Positions 17,845-26,604 of a stretch of DNA of 64,000 nt are shown in pieces. The stretch's first letter is position 1, and every line of letters starts with the position of its first letter. The translations under genes were made by a program, and so were the position numbers. The stretch is from Dehalococcoidia bacterium (GTDB taxonomy: Bacteria; Chloroflexota; Dehalococcoidia; Lucifugimonadales; UBA1127). The notes below the pieces were generated by a model. It did no database searches. It was not told the DNA's origin and worked only from the letters and a program-made list of their open reading frames with translations. Where the stretch lies: the NCBI GenBank assembly GCA_965247615.1, contig OZ252022.1, positions 2,093,395-2,157,394 of the forward strand, given 5' to 3'.

Positions 17845-18462
17845 ATGTCTGCCGAACCAGCCAGCCCCCTCGCCCTCTTCCAGACCACCCACGGCTTGGA
17901 TCGCGACGAGGGCGTCTACATCAACCATCTCAAGGCCACCCACACCCAGCAGTACCCCGACCCCATCCTGGAGGTCCCGGAAGAGTTCCAACGCAACATC
18001 ATGGCCACCACCCTGGACGCCCTCGTAAACTGGGGCCGCCGCTCCGCCGTCTGGCCTGTCGCCTTCGGCCTCGCCTGCTGCGCCTTCGAGATGATGGCCA
18101 GCGCCATGTCCCGCTTTGACATCGCCCGCTTCGGCATGGAGGCCTTCCGCGCCACGCCGCGACAGGCGGACCTCATGATCGTGGCCGGGACCGTTACCTG
18201 GAAGATGGCCCCCGCCATCCAACGCATCTACGAGCAGATGGCCGAGCCCAAGTGGGTCATCTCCATGGGCGCCTGCGCCACCTGCGGCGGCCCCTACTAC
18301 GACTCCTACAGCGTGGTCCCGGGTGTGAACCGCATCATACCCGTGGACGTCTACGTCCCCGGCTGCCCGCCCCGCCCGGACGCCCTCCTCTACGGCATCA
18401 TGCAGCTCCACGAGAAGATCCGTCGTTACAGCATCGTCCGCCAGCCCGCGGGGTCCGCGTGA
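17845..18462 (+). CDS. nuoB: NADH-quinone oxidoreductase subunit B
   Basis: N2-cluster motifs GLACCAFEM, ...[10 protein letters not shown]..., [11 protein letters not shown] 17845 lies 3 nt after the nuoA stop. Confidence 0.95.
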   Translation: MSAEPASPLALFQTTHGLDRDEGVYINHLKATHTQQYPDPILEVPEEFQRNIMATTLDALVNWGRRSAVWPVAFGLACCAFEMMASAMSRFDIARFGMEAFRATPRQADLMIVAGTVTWKMAPAIQRIYEQMAEPKWVISMGACATCGGPYYDSYSVVPGVNRIIPVDVYVPGCPPRPDALLYGIMQLHEKIRRYSIVRQPAGSA

Positions 18463-18905
18463 CCGCACAGCTGCCGGCCCAGGACGTCGCCCTGCGCATC
18501 CAGGCCGCGATCCCCGGCGCAGTGGAGGAATGGCGGAGCCCGGACGTATGGGTCAAGCCCGAAAGGGTCCTCGACGTCTGCCGCTTCCTCAAGGACGACG
18601 AGGCCCTCGGCATGGACTACCTGGCCTCACTCACCGCTGTCGACTACATTGACCATTTCGAGGTCGTCTACCACCTCACCTCCATAGCCCACAACCACGC
18701 TGCCGTGCTCAAGGCCAGGGTTTACGGCCGCGAAGAGCCCGCGCTCCCCTCCGTCGTCAGCGTGTGGCAGGGCGCGGACCTCCAGGAGCGCGAGGCCTGG
18801 GACCTCATGGGCGTCGCCTTCACCGGGCATCCCAACCTGAAGCGCATACTCACCTGGGAGGGGTTCCCGGGACACGCGCTCCAGAAGACTCACCTGGGCG
18901 GTTAG
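18459..18905 (+). CDS. nuoC: NADH-quinone oxidoreductase subunit C
   Basis: GTG 18459 overlaps the nuoB stop (GTGA). ...[11 protein letters not shown]...FEVVYHL...[29 protein letters not shown]. Confidence 0.9.
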   Translation: MTAQLPAQDVALRIQAAIPGAVEEWRSPDVWVKPERVLDVCRFLKDDEALGMDYLASLTAVDYIDHFEVVYHLTSIAHNHAAVLKARVYGREEPALPSVVSVWQGADLQEREAWDLMGVAFTGHPNLKRILTWEGFPGHALQKTHLGG

Positions 18906-18909
18906 CTGC

Positions 18910-20013
18910 ATGACCCTGCGCACCGAGCCCGTCACCATCAACATCGGCCCCCAGCACCCCAGCACCCACGGCGTGTTCCGCCTCCGCGTCACCTTCGACG
19001 GCGAGGTCATCCAGGACCTCGAGCCTGTCTTCGGCTACCTCCACCGCGGGACCGAGAAGCTGGCCGAGGAGCGCACCTACACACAGGTCGTCACCCTCAC
19101 CGACCGCATGGACTACGTCTCATCCATGACCGGCAACCACGGCTACGTCCTCTCCGTGGAAAAGCTCGCGGGCATCCAGCCCTCGGAGCGGGGCATGTAC
19201 CTCCGGGTCTTGACCTCGGAGCTCCAGCGCATCGCCAGCCACCTCGTCGCCACGGGCTTCCTGCTCCAGGACCTCGGCGCTTTCGCCACACCCCTCATGT
19301 ACTGCTTCCGGGAGCGCGACCGCATCCTCTCCATGTTCGAAATGCTATGCGGCGCCCGCATCACCGTCAGCTACATGCGCCCCGGCGGCGTCTTCCAGGA
19401 CGCCCCGGAGGAGTTCTGGCCCGTCCTTCGCACCTTCCTGGACGAGATACCCGGCTACATCGACGAGCTCGAACGGCTCCTCACAGAGAACGAGATCCTG
19501 CTCGTCCGCACCAAAGGCGTCGGACCCCTGCCCAGAGACCTCGCAATTAACGCGTCCATCAGCGGACCAAACCTCCGCGCCTCCGGCGTGCCCTGGGACA
19601 TCCGCAAGGTCGACCCCTATGACGTCTATGACCGCATGGACTTCGCCGTCCCCGTCGGCACCAACGGCGACACATACGACCGCTTCATGGTCCGCCTCAT
19701 GGAAGTGCGCCAGAGCCTGCGCATTGTCGAGCAGTGCGCCAGGGACATCCCGCCGGGACCCCCGCGCACCGAGGCCCCGTTCTTCCTCCGCCCACCCGCC
19801 GGCGACGCCTACGGCCACGTGGAAGCATCCAAGGGCGAGCTCGGCTTCTACCTCGTCAGCGACGGCGGCATCTCCCCCTACCGCTGCCACGTCCGGTCTC
19901 CCTCCTTCATCAACATCTCCGCCCTCAAGGAGATGCTCATCGGCTGGAAGGTCGCCGACCTCATCGTCATCTTCGGCAGCATCGACGTCAACATGGGCGA
20001 GGTGGACCGCTAG
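18910..20013 (+). CDS. nuoD: NADH-quinone oxidoreductase subunit D
   Basis: INIGPQHPSTHGVFRL, YLHRGTEKL, ...SPSF.N. Confidence 0.95.
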   Translation: MTLRTEPVTINIGPQHPSTHGVFRLRVTFDGEVIQDLEPVFGYLHRGTEKLAEERTYTQVVTLTDRMDYVSSMTGNHGYVLSVEKLAGIQPSERGMYLRVLTSELQRIASHLVATGFLLQDLGAFATPLMYCFRERDRILSMFEMLCGARITVSYMRPGGVFQDAPEEFWPVLRTFLDEIPGYIDELERLLTENEILLVRTKGVGPLPRDLAINASISGPNLRASGVPWDIRKVDPYDVYDRMDFAVPVGTNGDTYDRFMVRLMEVRQSLRIVEQCARDIPPGPPRTEAPFFLRPPAGDAYGHVEASKGELGFYLVSDGGISPYRCHVRSPSFINISALKEMLIGWKVADLIVIFGSIDVNMGEVDR

Positions 20014-20030
20014 TGGTCCCCCTACGTCTC

Positions 20031-21263
20031 ATGGAAGACAACATCATCTTCAAGGGCATCTACTGCCTCCTCTCCGGCCCCAACGGTCAGGCCGTCACCT
20101 GCTCCTGGGGCGGCGTCCTCCCAAAGGGCCTGGAGTGGCTCTCCTACTTCATCGCCGGCTTTGCCATCGTCTTTCTCCTCGTCAACGCCCTCCTCATCTT
20201 CGCCTCGGTCTTCGTCTACATGCTCCGCCGGATCCTCGGGCGCTTCCAGAGCCGTCTCGGCCCCAACCGCGTGGGCCCCTTCGGCGTCCTCCAGCCCTTC
20301 GCGGACATCGCCAAACTTCTCGTCAAGGAAGACCTCCGCCCCGCCATGGCCGACCGCCTCGTCTTCAATCTCGCTCCCGTTCTGGCCGTCACCACCGTGT
20401 TCCTGCTGCTGGCGGTCATCCCCTTCGGCCATCGCTCCTATCTCACCAACCTCAACGTGGGCGTCCTCTACCTGGTCGGTGTGACCACCATCTCCACCAT
20501 CGCCATATTCCTCGCCGGCTGGGGCTCCGGCAACCGCTACGCCCTCATCGGCGCCGTTCGAGCCGTGGCTGCCCTCGTCAGCTATGAGGTCCCCATGGTC
20601 CTCGCCCTCGCGGGCGCCCTCCTCCTCGCGGGGAGCATGTCCCTCGTTTCCATCGTGGAAGCCCAGCGGGTCCCCTTCCTCCTCCTCCAGCCCATCGGCT
20701 TCTTCGTCTTCCTCCTCGCCGCCTCCGCCGAAATGAACTGGACCCCCTTCGACCTCCTGGAAGCCGAGTCCGAGCTCACCGCCGGCTTTCACACCGAGTA
20801 CAGCGGCATGAAGTTCGGCCTCCTTCAGCTCGCCGAATTCGCCACCGTCGTCACCACCTCGGCCGTCATCACAACCCTCTATCTGAAGGGCTGGAACAAC
20901 CCCTTTGTCCCGCCCGGGGGGCCGCAAATCCTTCCCTCCCACGTCTGGTTCCTGGTCAAGGTGCTCTTCCTCATCTTCTGCTTCATCTGGATCAAGGCCA
21001 CCATTCCCCGGTTCCGCGTGGACCAGGTTATGGGTTTCGCCTGGAAGATCCTCTTCCCGCTGGCCGTCATCAACCTGCTCATCAACGGCGCACTCATCGT
21101 CCTCTGGCCCTCTCCCACCACCGGCCAGGTTTGGACCATGGTCGCCGTCAACTGGGGCGCCGCCATCCTCTGTCTCCTGGGACTCGGCACCCTGATGGAG
21201 ACCAACCGGCGGCGGCCCACCGCTTCGGTCACGCTCCAGCAAGTCTCCGCGGAGGTGCGCTGA
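20031..21263 (+). CDS. nuoH: NADH-quinone oxidoreductase subunit H
   Basis: RRILGRFQSRLGPNRVGPFGVLQPFADI.KL..KED motif, multi-TM. ATG 20031 inside ORF 19734..21263. Confidence 0.93.
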   Translation: MEDNIIFKGIYCLLSGPNGQAVTCSWGGVLPKGLEWLSYFIAGFAIVFLLVNALLIFASVFVYMLRRILGRFQSRLGPNRVGPFGVLQPFADIAKLLVKEDLRPAMADRLVFNLAPVLAVTTVFLLLAVIPFGHRSYLTNLNVGVLYLVGVTTISTIAIFLAGWGSGNRYALIGAVRAVAALVSYEVPMVLALAGALLLAGSMSLVSIVEAQRVPFLLLQPIGFFVFLLAASAEMNWTPFDLLEAESELTAGFHTEYSGMKFGLLQLAEFATVVTTSAVITTLYLKGWNNPFVPPGGPQILPSHVWFLVKVLFLIFCFIWIKATIPRFRVDQVMGFAWKILFPLAVINLLINGALIVLWPSPTTGQVWTMVAVNWGAAILCLLGLGTLMETNRRRPTASVTLQQVSAEVR

Positions 21264-21264
21264 T

Positions 21265-21825
21265 ATGCCCTACGGCTTCGGCATCGCCAAGGGAATGATG
21301 GTCACGCTGGTCAACCTCCTCCGCCGGCCCACCACCGTGCAGTACCCGGAGGAGCGCGTAGCCCAGCACCCAAGGTTCCGCGGCGAAGAGTTCGTCTGGT
21401 ATGAGGAGCGCTGCACCGGCTGCGCCAGCTGCGCCAAGTACTGCCCCCTCGGCATCATCAAGATCGTCACCAAGCCGGGCGCTTCCCAGACCTCAGAGGG
21501 CGAAAAGTACGAGCTCGAAGTCTTCGACATCGAGCTCGCCCGCTGCATGTTCTGCGGCCTCTGCGTCGAAGCCTGTCCCTACGACGCCCTTCACCTCGGC
21601 AGCGGCTTCGAGCGCGCCAGCGAGTACCGCCCCAGCCTCGTGATCCCCATCGACGAGCTCCGCAAGGCACCCAAACGCCCGAGCACCTGGTTCCGGCCCC
21701 AGTTGGAGCAACGCGGCTACGACCCCCACACCGGCCCCGCCCTCACCTGGACCCAAGTCGGCAGGGAGGCCCAGGTCGCGCCAACCTACAACGACATGAA
21801 AGAGCGGTGGGTCGAGGAACGATGA
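21265..21825 (+). CDS. nuoI: NADH-quinone oxidoreductase subunit I (2x[4Fe-4S])
   Basis: CTGCASCAKYCP and CMFCGLCVEACP ferredoxin motifs. Confidence 0.95.
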   Translation: MPYGFGIAKGMMVTLVNLLRRPTTVQYPEERVAQHPRFRGEEFVWYEERCTGCASCAKYCPLGIIKIVTKPGASQTSEGEKYELEVFDIELARCMFCGLCVEACPYDALHLGSGFERASEYRPSLVIPIDELRKAPKRPSTWFRPQLEQRGYDPHTGPALTWTQVGREAQVAPTYNDMKERWVEER

Positions 21826-22367
21826 TTCCGTCCGGGATAGAGCAATCAACCCTCTTCAGCATACTGTGGTGGAGCGTGGCGGCCATGGTCGTCGTCTCCG
21901 CCTTCCTCGTCGTCCACCTCCATGACCTGCTGAAGGCCGCCCTCGCCCTCATCGCCTCCTTCCTCGGCATCGCAGGCCTCTTCGTCATGCTCAACGCCGA
22001 GTTCCTCGCCGTCGTCCAGCTCCTCATCTACGCCGGCGCCATACCCATCCTCATCATCTTCGCCGTCCTCCTCCTTCGGGACGTCCAGCGTAGCAGCCCA
22101 TTCAACCGCCTCCGCATCCCCGCTCTCTTCCTATCCGCCTTCGTCCTGGCCATCATGGTCTTCGCCCTCACCAACGCCGGCTGGGCGCTCCTGCGCGACG
22201 CCCAGGTCGGCAGCAGCTACCTGGCCCAGGCCAGCGCCGCCTACAGCAACACCACCCCCGTCCTTGCGGGGCTCCTCCTCAGGGAGTTCGCCCTCCCAAT
22301 GGAGGCCGCCGCCGTCCTGCTCCTGGCAAGCGTCCTGGGAGCCCTTGCCCTGGTGCGGGAGGAGTAG
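21822..22367 (+). CDS. nuoJ: NADH-quinone oxidoreductase subunit J
   Basis: ATGA overlap with the nuoI stop. ...AEFLAVVQLLIYAGAI.ILIIF motif. Confidence 0.9.
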   Translation: MIPSGIEQSTLFSILWWSVAAMVVVSAFLVVHLHDLLKAALALIASFLGIAGLFVMLNAEFLAVVQLLIYAGAIPILIIFAVLLLRDVQRSSPFNRLRIPALFLSAFVLAIMVFALTNAGWALLRDAQVGSSYLAQASAAYSNTTPVLAGLLLREFALPMEAAAVLLLASVLGALALVREE

Positions 22368-22368
22368 C

Positions 22369-22698
22369 ATGATTGGCCTCAGCCACTACCTGCTCCTCTC
22401 CGCTGTCCTGTTCAGCATCGGGCTGTATGGCGCCCTTTCCAAGCGAAACGCCATCGCCGTCCTCATGTCTATCGAAATCCTCTTCAACGCCGTCAACGTC
22501 GCCGCTGTCGCCTTCGCCCGATTCATCGCGCCCAACTCCCTGGAGAGTGCCCAAGCCCTCCTTACTGGCCAGGTCTTCGCCCTCTTCATCATCACCGTCG
22601 CCGCGGCAGAGGTCGCCCTCGGCCTCGCCATCGTCATCGTCATCTACCGCAATCGAGAGTCCGTTGACATCAGCCGCTTCAATCTCATGCGGCGCTAG
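22369..22698 (+). CDS. nuoK: NADH-quinone oxidoreductase subunit K
   Basis: 109 aa, MIGLSHYLLLSAVLFSIGLYG...MSIEILFNAVN...AAAEVALGLAI. Confidence 0.93.
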   Translation: MIGLSHYLLLSAVLFSIGLYGALSKRNAIAVLMSIEILFNAVNVAAVAFARFIAPNSLESAQALLTGQVFALFIITVAAAEVALGLAIVIVIYRNRESVDISRFNLMRR

Positions 22699-22725
22699 CC
22701 GCCCGTCACCGAGGTAAGTCAAAGC

Positions 22726-22920
22726 ATGTGGGTCGAGTTCAAGCGCGTCCCCAACCTGATGGCCGCCGAGATGTGGAAGGACACCTTCGAGTCCGAAGGG
22801 CTGCCATGCCGCATTCTGCCCAACGGCGACATCCGAAGCTGGAGCGAGCGCAGTCCCTTCGTGGTGTACGTGCCCAAGGGCCGCGAGCACGTCGCCGACG
22901 AGATTCTGAGGAAGCTGTGA
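22726..22920 (+). CDS. Small DUF2007-like (putative signal-transducing, beta-alpha-beta-beta-alpha-beta) protein embedded in the nuo operon
   Basis: 64 aa MWVEFKRVPNLMAAEMWKDTFESEGLPCRILPNGD...FVVYVPKGREHVADEILRKL. The pattern resembles DUF2007 proteins (from memory). GAGG lies about 11 nt upstream. It occupies the nuoK-nuoL gap. Confidence 0.5.
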   Translation: MWVEFKRVPNLMAAEMWKDTFESEGLPCRILPNGDIRSWSERSPFVVYVPKGREHVADEILRKL

Positions 22921-23036
22921 GTCTGAGCACGGGACCAAGCGGACATGCGCAGCAGGGGAGGTGCCTCCATGCCCCATCCCCCACTGCGTGCCGGCGCAGA
23001 GTAACCCCGAAACCCTTGTAGGAATAGCCGCGTCAG

Positions 23037-25103
23037 ATGAATGAAAACGCCGCCTGGGCCATCCTCTTCCTCCCCTTGGCGTCCTTTCTTCTCATCACCC
23101 TGGTCATTCGCCCCTTCTTCAGCAGGTATAGCTGGGCCGCCGGCTACGTCACCATCCTCGCAGTTGCCGGCTCCTTCGCCCTCTCCCTCTGGGCCGTTCA
23201 GTCCACGATCGGCCATGAGGGCAAGCCCATCGGCTGGGACCTCCACCCCTGGATGACCGTGGGCTCCCTGGAGCTCCGCATCGGCATCATGATGGACCCC
23301 CTCACCGCCATCATGGCCGTTGTCGTCTCCAGCGTGAGCCTCATGGTGCAAATTTACTCACAAGGCTACATGCGCCAGAGCTCCGACGCCCTCGGCGCCG
23401 CCCCCGACGGCCGCGGCTACGCCCGCTACTACGCCATCATGTCCCTCTTCACCGCCTCCATGCTCGGCCTCGTCATGGCCGGCAACATCATCCAGATCTT
23501 CCTCTTCTGGGAGTTGGTGGGCCTCTGCTCCTACCTCCTCATCGGCTTCTGGTACCACAGGCCCTCCGCGGCGCGGGCGGCCATCAAGGCCTTCGCCGTA
23601 ACGCGGCTGGGAGACCTAGGATTCCTGGTCGCCATCCTCGCCCTCTTCTCATACCAGGACACATTCGCCGCCAACGGCCTGAACAGCATGGAAGTCCCCG
23701 ATATCCAGGCCGCCGCCAAGGCGGGCCTCCTCGGCACGGCCGCCATCACCTGGATCGCCCTGGGCATCTTCGCCGGCGCCGTCGGCAAGTCCGCCCAGTT
23801 CCCCCTCCACATCTGGCTCCCGGACGCCATGGAGGGCCCCACCCCCGTCAGCGCCCTCATCCACGCGGCGACCATGGTCGCCGCCGGCGTCTTCCTCGTT
23901 GCCCGCTTCTTCCCCGCCTTCGAGGCCGCCCCCGACGCCATGACCGTCGTAGCCATCATCGGGGGATTCACCGCCGTCTTCGCCGCCTCCATGGGCCTCG
24001 TGATGTTTGACATCAAACGCGTCATCGCCTACTCCACCATCAGCCAGCTCGGCTACATGGTCCTGGCCCTGGGCATCGGCGCCTACTCCGTCGCCATCTT
24101 CCATCTCTTCACCCACGCCTTCTTCAAGGCCCTCCTCTTCCTCGGCTCCGGCAGCGTCAACCACGCCACCGGCACCTTCGACATGCGCTACATGGGTGGT
24201 CTCCGCCGCCACCAGCCCTGGACCTACGCCGCCTTCCTGCTCGCCTCCCTCAGCCTGGCCGGCATCTTTCCCTTGGCCGGCTTCTGGAGCAAGGACGAAA
24301 TCCTGACCGAGGCGTTTCACAGCGGCCTGCAGGGCGACTCGACAACAGCCGCCATCGTGTTCTTCCTGGCTCTCATAGCCGTCTTCATGACAGCCTTCTA
24401 CATCTTCCGCGTGCTGTTCATGACCTTCCATGGCCAGTTCCGCGGCGGCATCGAAGCCGAGGAGGGCGCCCACGGCGGCGCTGTCGGCGCCGCCCGCGCC
24501 AACGACCCCCACGATACCGCCGACCACGACGCGGGCGGCCACGGCCGCGTTCATCTCGCCGAGTCGCCCTGGGTCATGGTTGGCCCCATGCTCGTCCTCG
24601 CCGTCATGTCCGTCGCCGCCGGCGCACTCGCCAGCCCCCCCGTGGCCCTGGGACCCATTCCCGCCCACTGGATATCCGAGTACCTCGTGCCCCCGCTCAG
24701 CGAGCACGCCGAGGCACCCAGCGCCAACCTAGCCATCGCCGCACTTTCTCTGGTCGTCGCCGGCGCCGGCATCCTCGCCGCGTGGCTGCTCTACGGCGCA
24801 CAACGCGTCAACGTGGAGCGCGTCACCATCCGCCCCTTGCACCGCCTCCTGAGCCGCAAGTACCACATGGACGACCTCGCCGAGAACCTCATCACATCCC
24901 GCGCCTTCTACCGCACCGGATGCGCCACCCTGGACTGGATCGACGGCAACGTCGTCGACGCCGCGGTGGACACCATCGGCTGGTTTGGCCGCAACATCGG
25001 CCGGGTCTTGGCCCAGCTTCAGACGGGCCAGCTGCAGGGCTACGGCGCAGCCATTGCCGCGGGCTTAGCCTTCATCGTCGCTGTCTATCTGATTTGGGGG
25101 TAA
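23037..25103 (+). CDS. nuoL: NADH-quinone oxidoreductase subunit L
   Basis: 688 aa antiporter-like subunit: ...FLFWELVGLCSYLLIGFW..., GKSAQFPLHIWLPDAMEGPTPVSALIHAATMV. Confidence 0.95.
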   Translation: MNENAAWAILFLPLASFLLITLVIRPFFSRYSWAAGYVTILAVAGSFALSLWAVQSTIGHEGKPIGWDLHPWMTVGSLELRIGIMMDPLTAIMAVVVSSVSLMVQIYSQGYMRQSSDALGAAPDGRGYARYYAIMSLFTASMLGLVMAGNIIQIFLFWELVGLCSYLLIGFWYHRPSAARAAIKAFAVTRLGDLGFLVAILALFSYQDTFAANGLNSMEVPDIQAAAKAGLLGTAAITWIALGIFAGAVGKSAQFPLHIWLPDAMEGPTPVSALIHAATMVAAGVFLVARFFPAFEAAPDAMTVVAIIGGFTAVFAASMGLVMFDIKRVIAYSTISQLGYMVLALGIGAYSVAIFHLFTHAFFKALLFLGSGSVNHATGTFDMRYMGGLRRHQPWTYAAFLLASLSLAGIFPLAGFWSKDEILTEAFHSGLQGDSTTAAIVFFLALIAVFMTAFYIFRVLFMTFHGQFRGGIEAEEGAHGGAVGAARANDPHDTADHDAGGHGRVHLAESPWVMVGPMLVLAVMSVAAGALASPPVALGPIPAHWISEYLVPPLSEHAEAPSANLAIAALSLVVAGAGILAAWLLYGAQRVNVERVTIRPLHRLLSRKYHMDDLAENLITSRAFYRTGCATLDWIDGNVVDAAVDTIGWFGRNIGRVLAQLQTGQLQGYGAAIAAGLAFIVAVYLIWG

Positions 25104-25110
25104 CGACCAC

Positions 25111-26601
25111 GTGCTGACCGCCACGGTCTTCCTGCCCCTAGCCGGCGCCATCGTCATCGCCGCCCTGCTGCGCGGCTCTGCGGCGCGCGCCTTTGCCGTC
25201 GCCGTCGTTGCCCTCGACCTCGCCCTGGCGGTCCTCGTCTTCGCCAGCTACGACGCCCAGGCCGGCGGCTTCCAGCTCGCGGAAGTCTACGACGGCTGGA
25301 TACCCCTCCTCGGCGATAGCTTCATCCGCTACTCCCTGGCCGTCGACGGCCTCAGCGCCCCCCTCGTCCTGCTGACGGGCATCCTGGGGGTGGCCGCCAT
25401 CTTCTCCTCCTGGAGCATCAACCAGCGCCACAGCGAGTACTTCGCCTGGCTTCTCGTCCTCCAAACGGCCGTGATGGGCGTCTTCACCTCCCAGGACTTC
25501 ATCCTCTTCTTCATCTTCTGGGAGCTGGAGCTCGTGCCCATGTTCTTCCTCATCTCCATCTGGGGCACCGGGCGCAAGCAATACTCAGCCATGAAGTTCC
25601 TCATCTTCACCTTCCTCGGCAGCGCCTTCATGCTCCTGGGCATCCTCGCCCTCTACTTCTCCGACGGCGTCGGCACCTTCGACATGATGCGGCTGGCCCG
25701 GATGGACCTCACCACCCTCGCCCTACCCGCGCAGCTCGTCTTCGCACTCTTCTTCATCGGCTTCGCCGTCAAGCTGCCCGTCTGGCCCGTCCACACCTGG
25801 CTCCCCGACGCTCATACCGACGCCCCCACTGCCGTCAGCGTCATGCTCGCCGGCGTCCTCCTCAAGATGGGCGGCTACGGCCTCCTCCGCGTCAACGTCT
25901 CCATGTTCCCCGAAATTGCCCAGGGCGCCAGCCTCGCCCTGGCCGTCCTCGCCGCCGTCAACATCCTCTACGGCGCCATGGTCACCATGCGTCAGAGCGA
26001 CCTCAAGCGTCTCATCGCGTACAGCAGCATCAGCCACATGGGGTACGTCCTCCTGGGTCTCTCCTCCGTCGGCGCCGTCGGCGCGGCCGCCACTGTGGGC
26101 CTCACCGGCGCCGCGATGCAGATGTTCACCCACGGCACCATCACCGGCCTCCTCTTCGTCATGGTCGGTCTCATCTATGACAGGACTCATACCCGCCACA
26201 TCCCCGACCTCGGCGGCCTCGCCAGCCGGATGCCCTTCGCCGCGGTGATGTTCGTCGTCGCCGGCCTCGCCTCCCTCGGCCTGCCGTCCACCAGCGGCTT
26301 CGTCTCCGAGCTCATGGTGTTCCTCGGCGCCTTCCCCGTCCACGGTTTCCTGACGGTCCTCGGCGTCATCGGCATCCTGCTCACCGCGGGCTATATCCTC
26401 TGGACCCTCCAGCGCAGCTTCTTTGGCCCCCAGCTGCCCCGCTGGGCCGGCCTCCGCGACGCCACCCTCGTCGAGGCCGTCGCCCCCGTTGTCCTCGTCA
26501 TATCCATCATGGCCGTCGGCCTCTACCCAGCAATCATCACCGACGTCTTCGGAGCAAGCATGGAGTCCCTCATCTCAGAGCGGTTCGTACAGCTGCGATA
26601 G
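25111..26601 (+). CDS. nuoM: NADH-quinone oxidoreductase subunit M
   Basis: GTG start. ...FFIFWELELVPMFFLI..., KLPVWPVHTWLPDAHTDAPTAVSVMLAGVLLK. Confidence 0.95.
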   Translation: MLTATVFLPLAGAIVIAALLRGSAARAFAVAVVALDLALAVLVFASYDAQAGGFQLAEVYDGWIPLLGDSFIRYSLAVDGLSAPLVLLTGILGVAAIFSSWSINQRHSEYFAWLLVLQTAVMGVFTSQDFILFFIFWELELVPMFFLISIWGTGRKQYSAMKFLIFTFLGSAFMLLGILALYFSDGVGTFDMMRLARMDLTTLALPAQLVFALFFIGFAVKLPVWPVHTWLPDAHTDAPTAVSVMLAGVLLKMGGYGLLRVNVSMFPEIAQGASLALAVLAAVNILYGAMVTMRQSDLKRLIAYSSISHMGYVLLGLSSVGAVGAAATVGLTGAAMQMFTHGTITGLLFVMVGLIYDRTHTRHIPDLGGLASRMPFAAVMFVVAGLASLGLPSTSGFVSELMVFLGAFPVHGFLTVLGVIGILLTAGYILWTLQRSFFGPQLPRWAGLRDATLVEAVAPVVLVISIMAVGLYPAIITDVFGASMESLISERFVQLR

Positions 26602-26604
26602 ACC

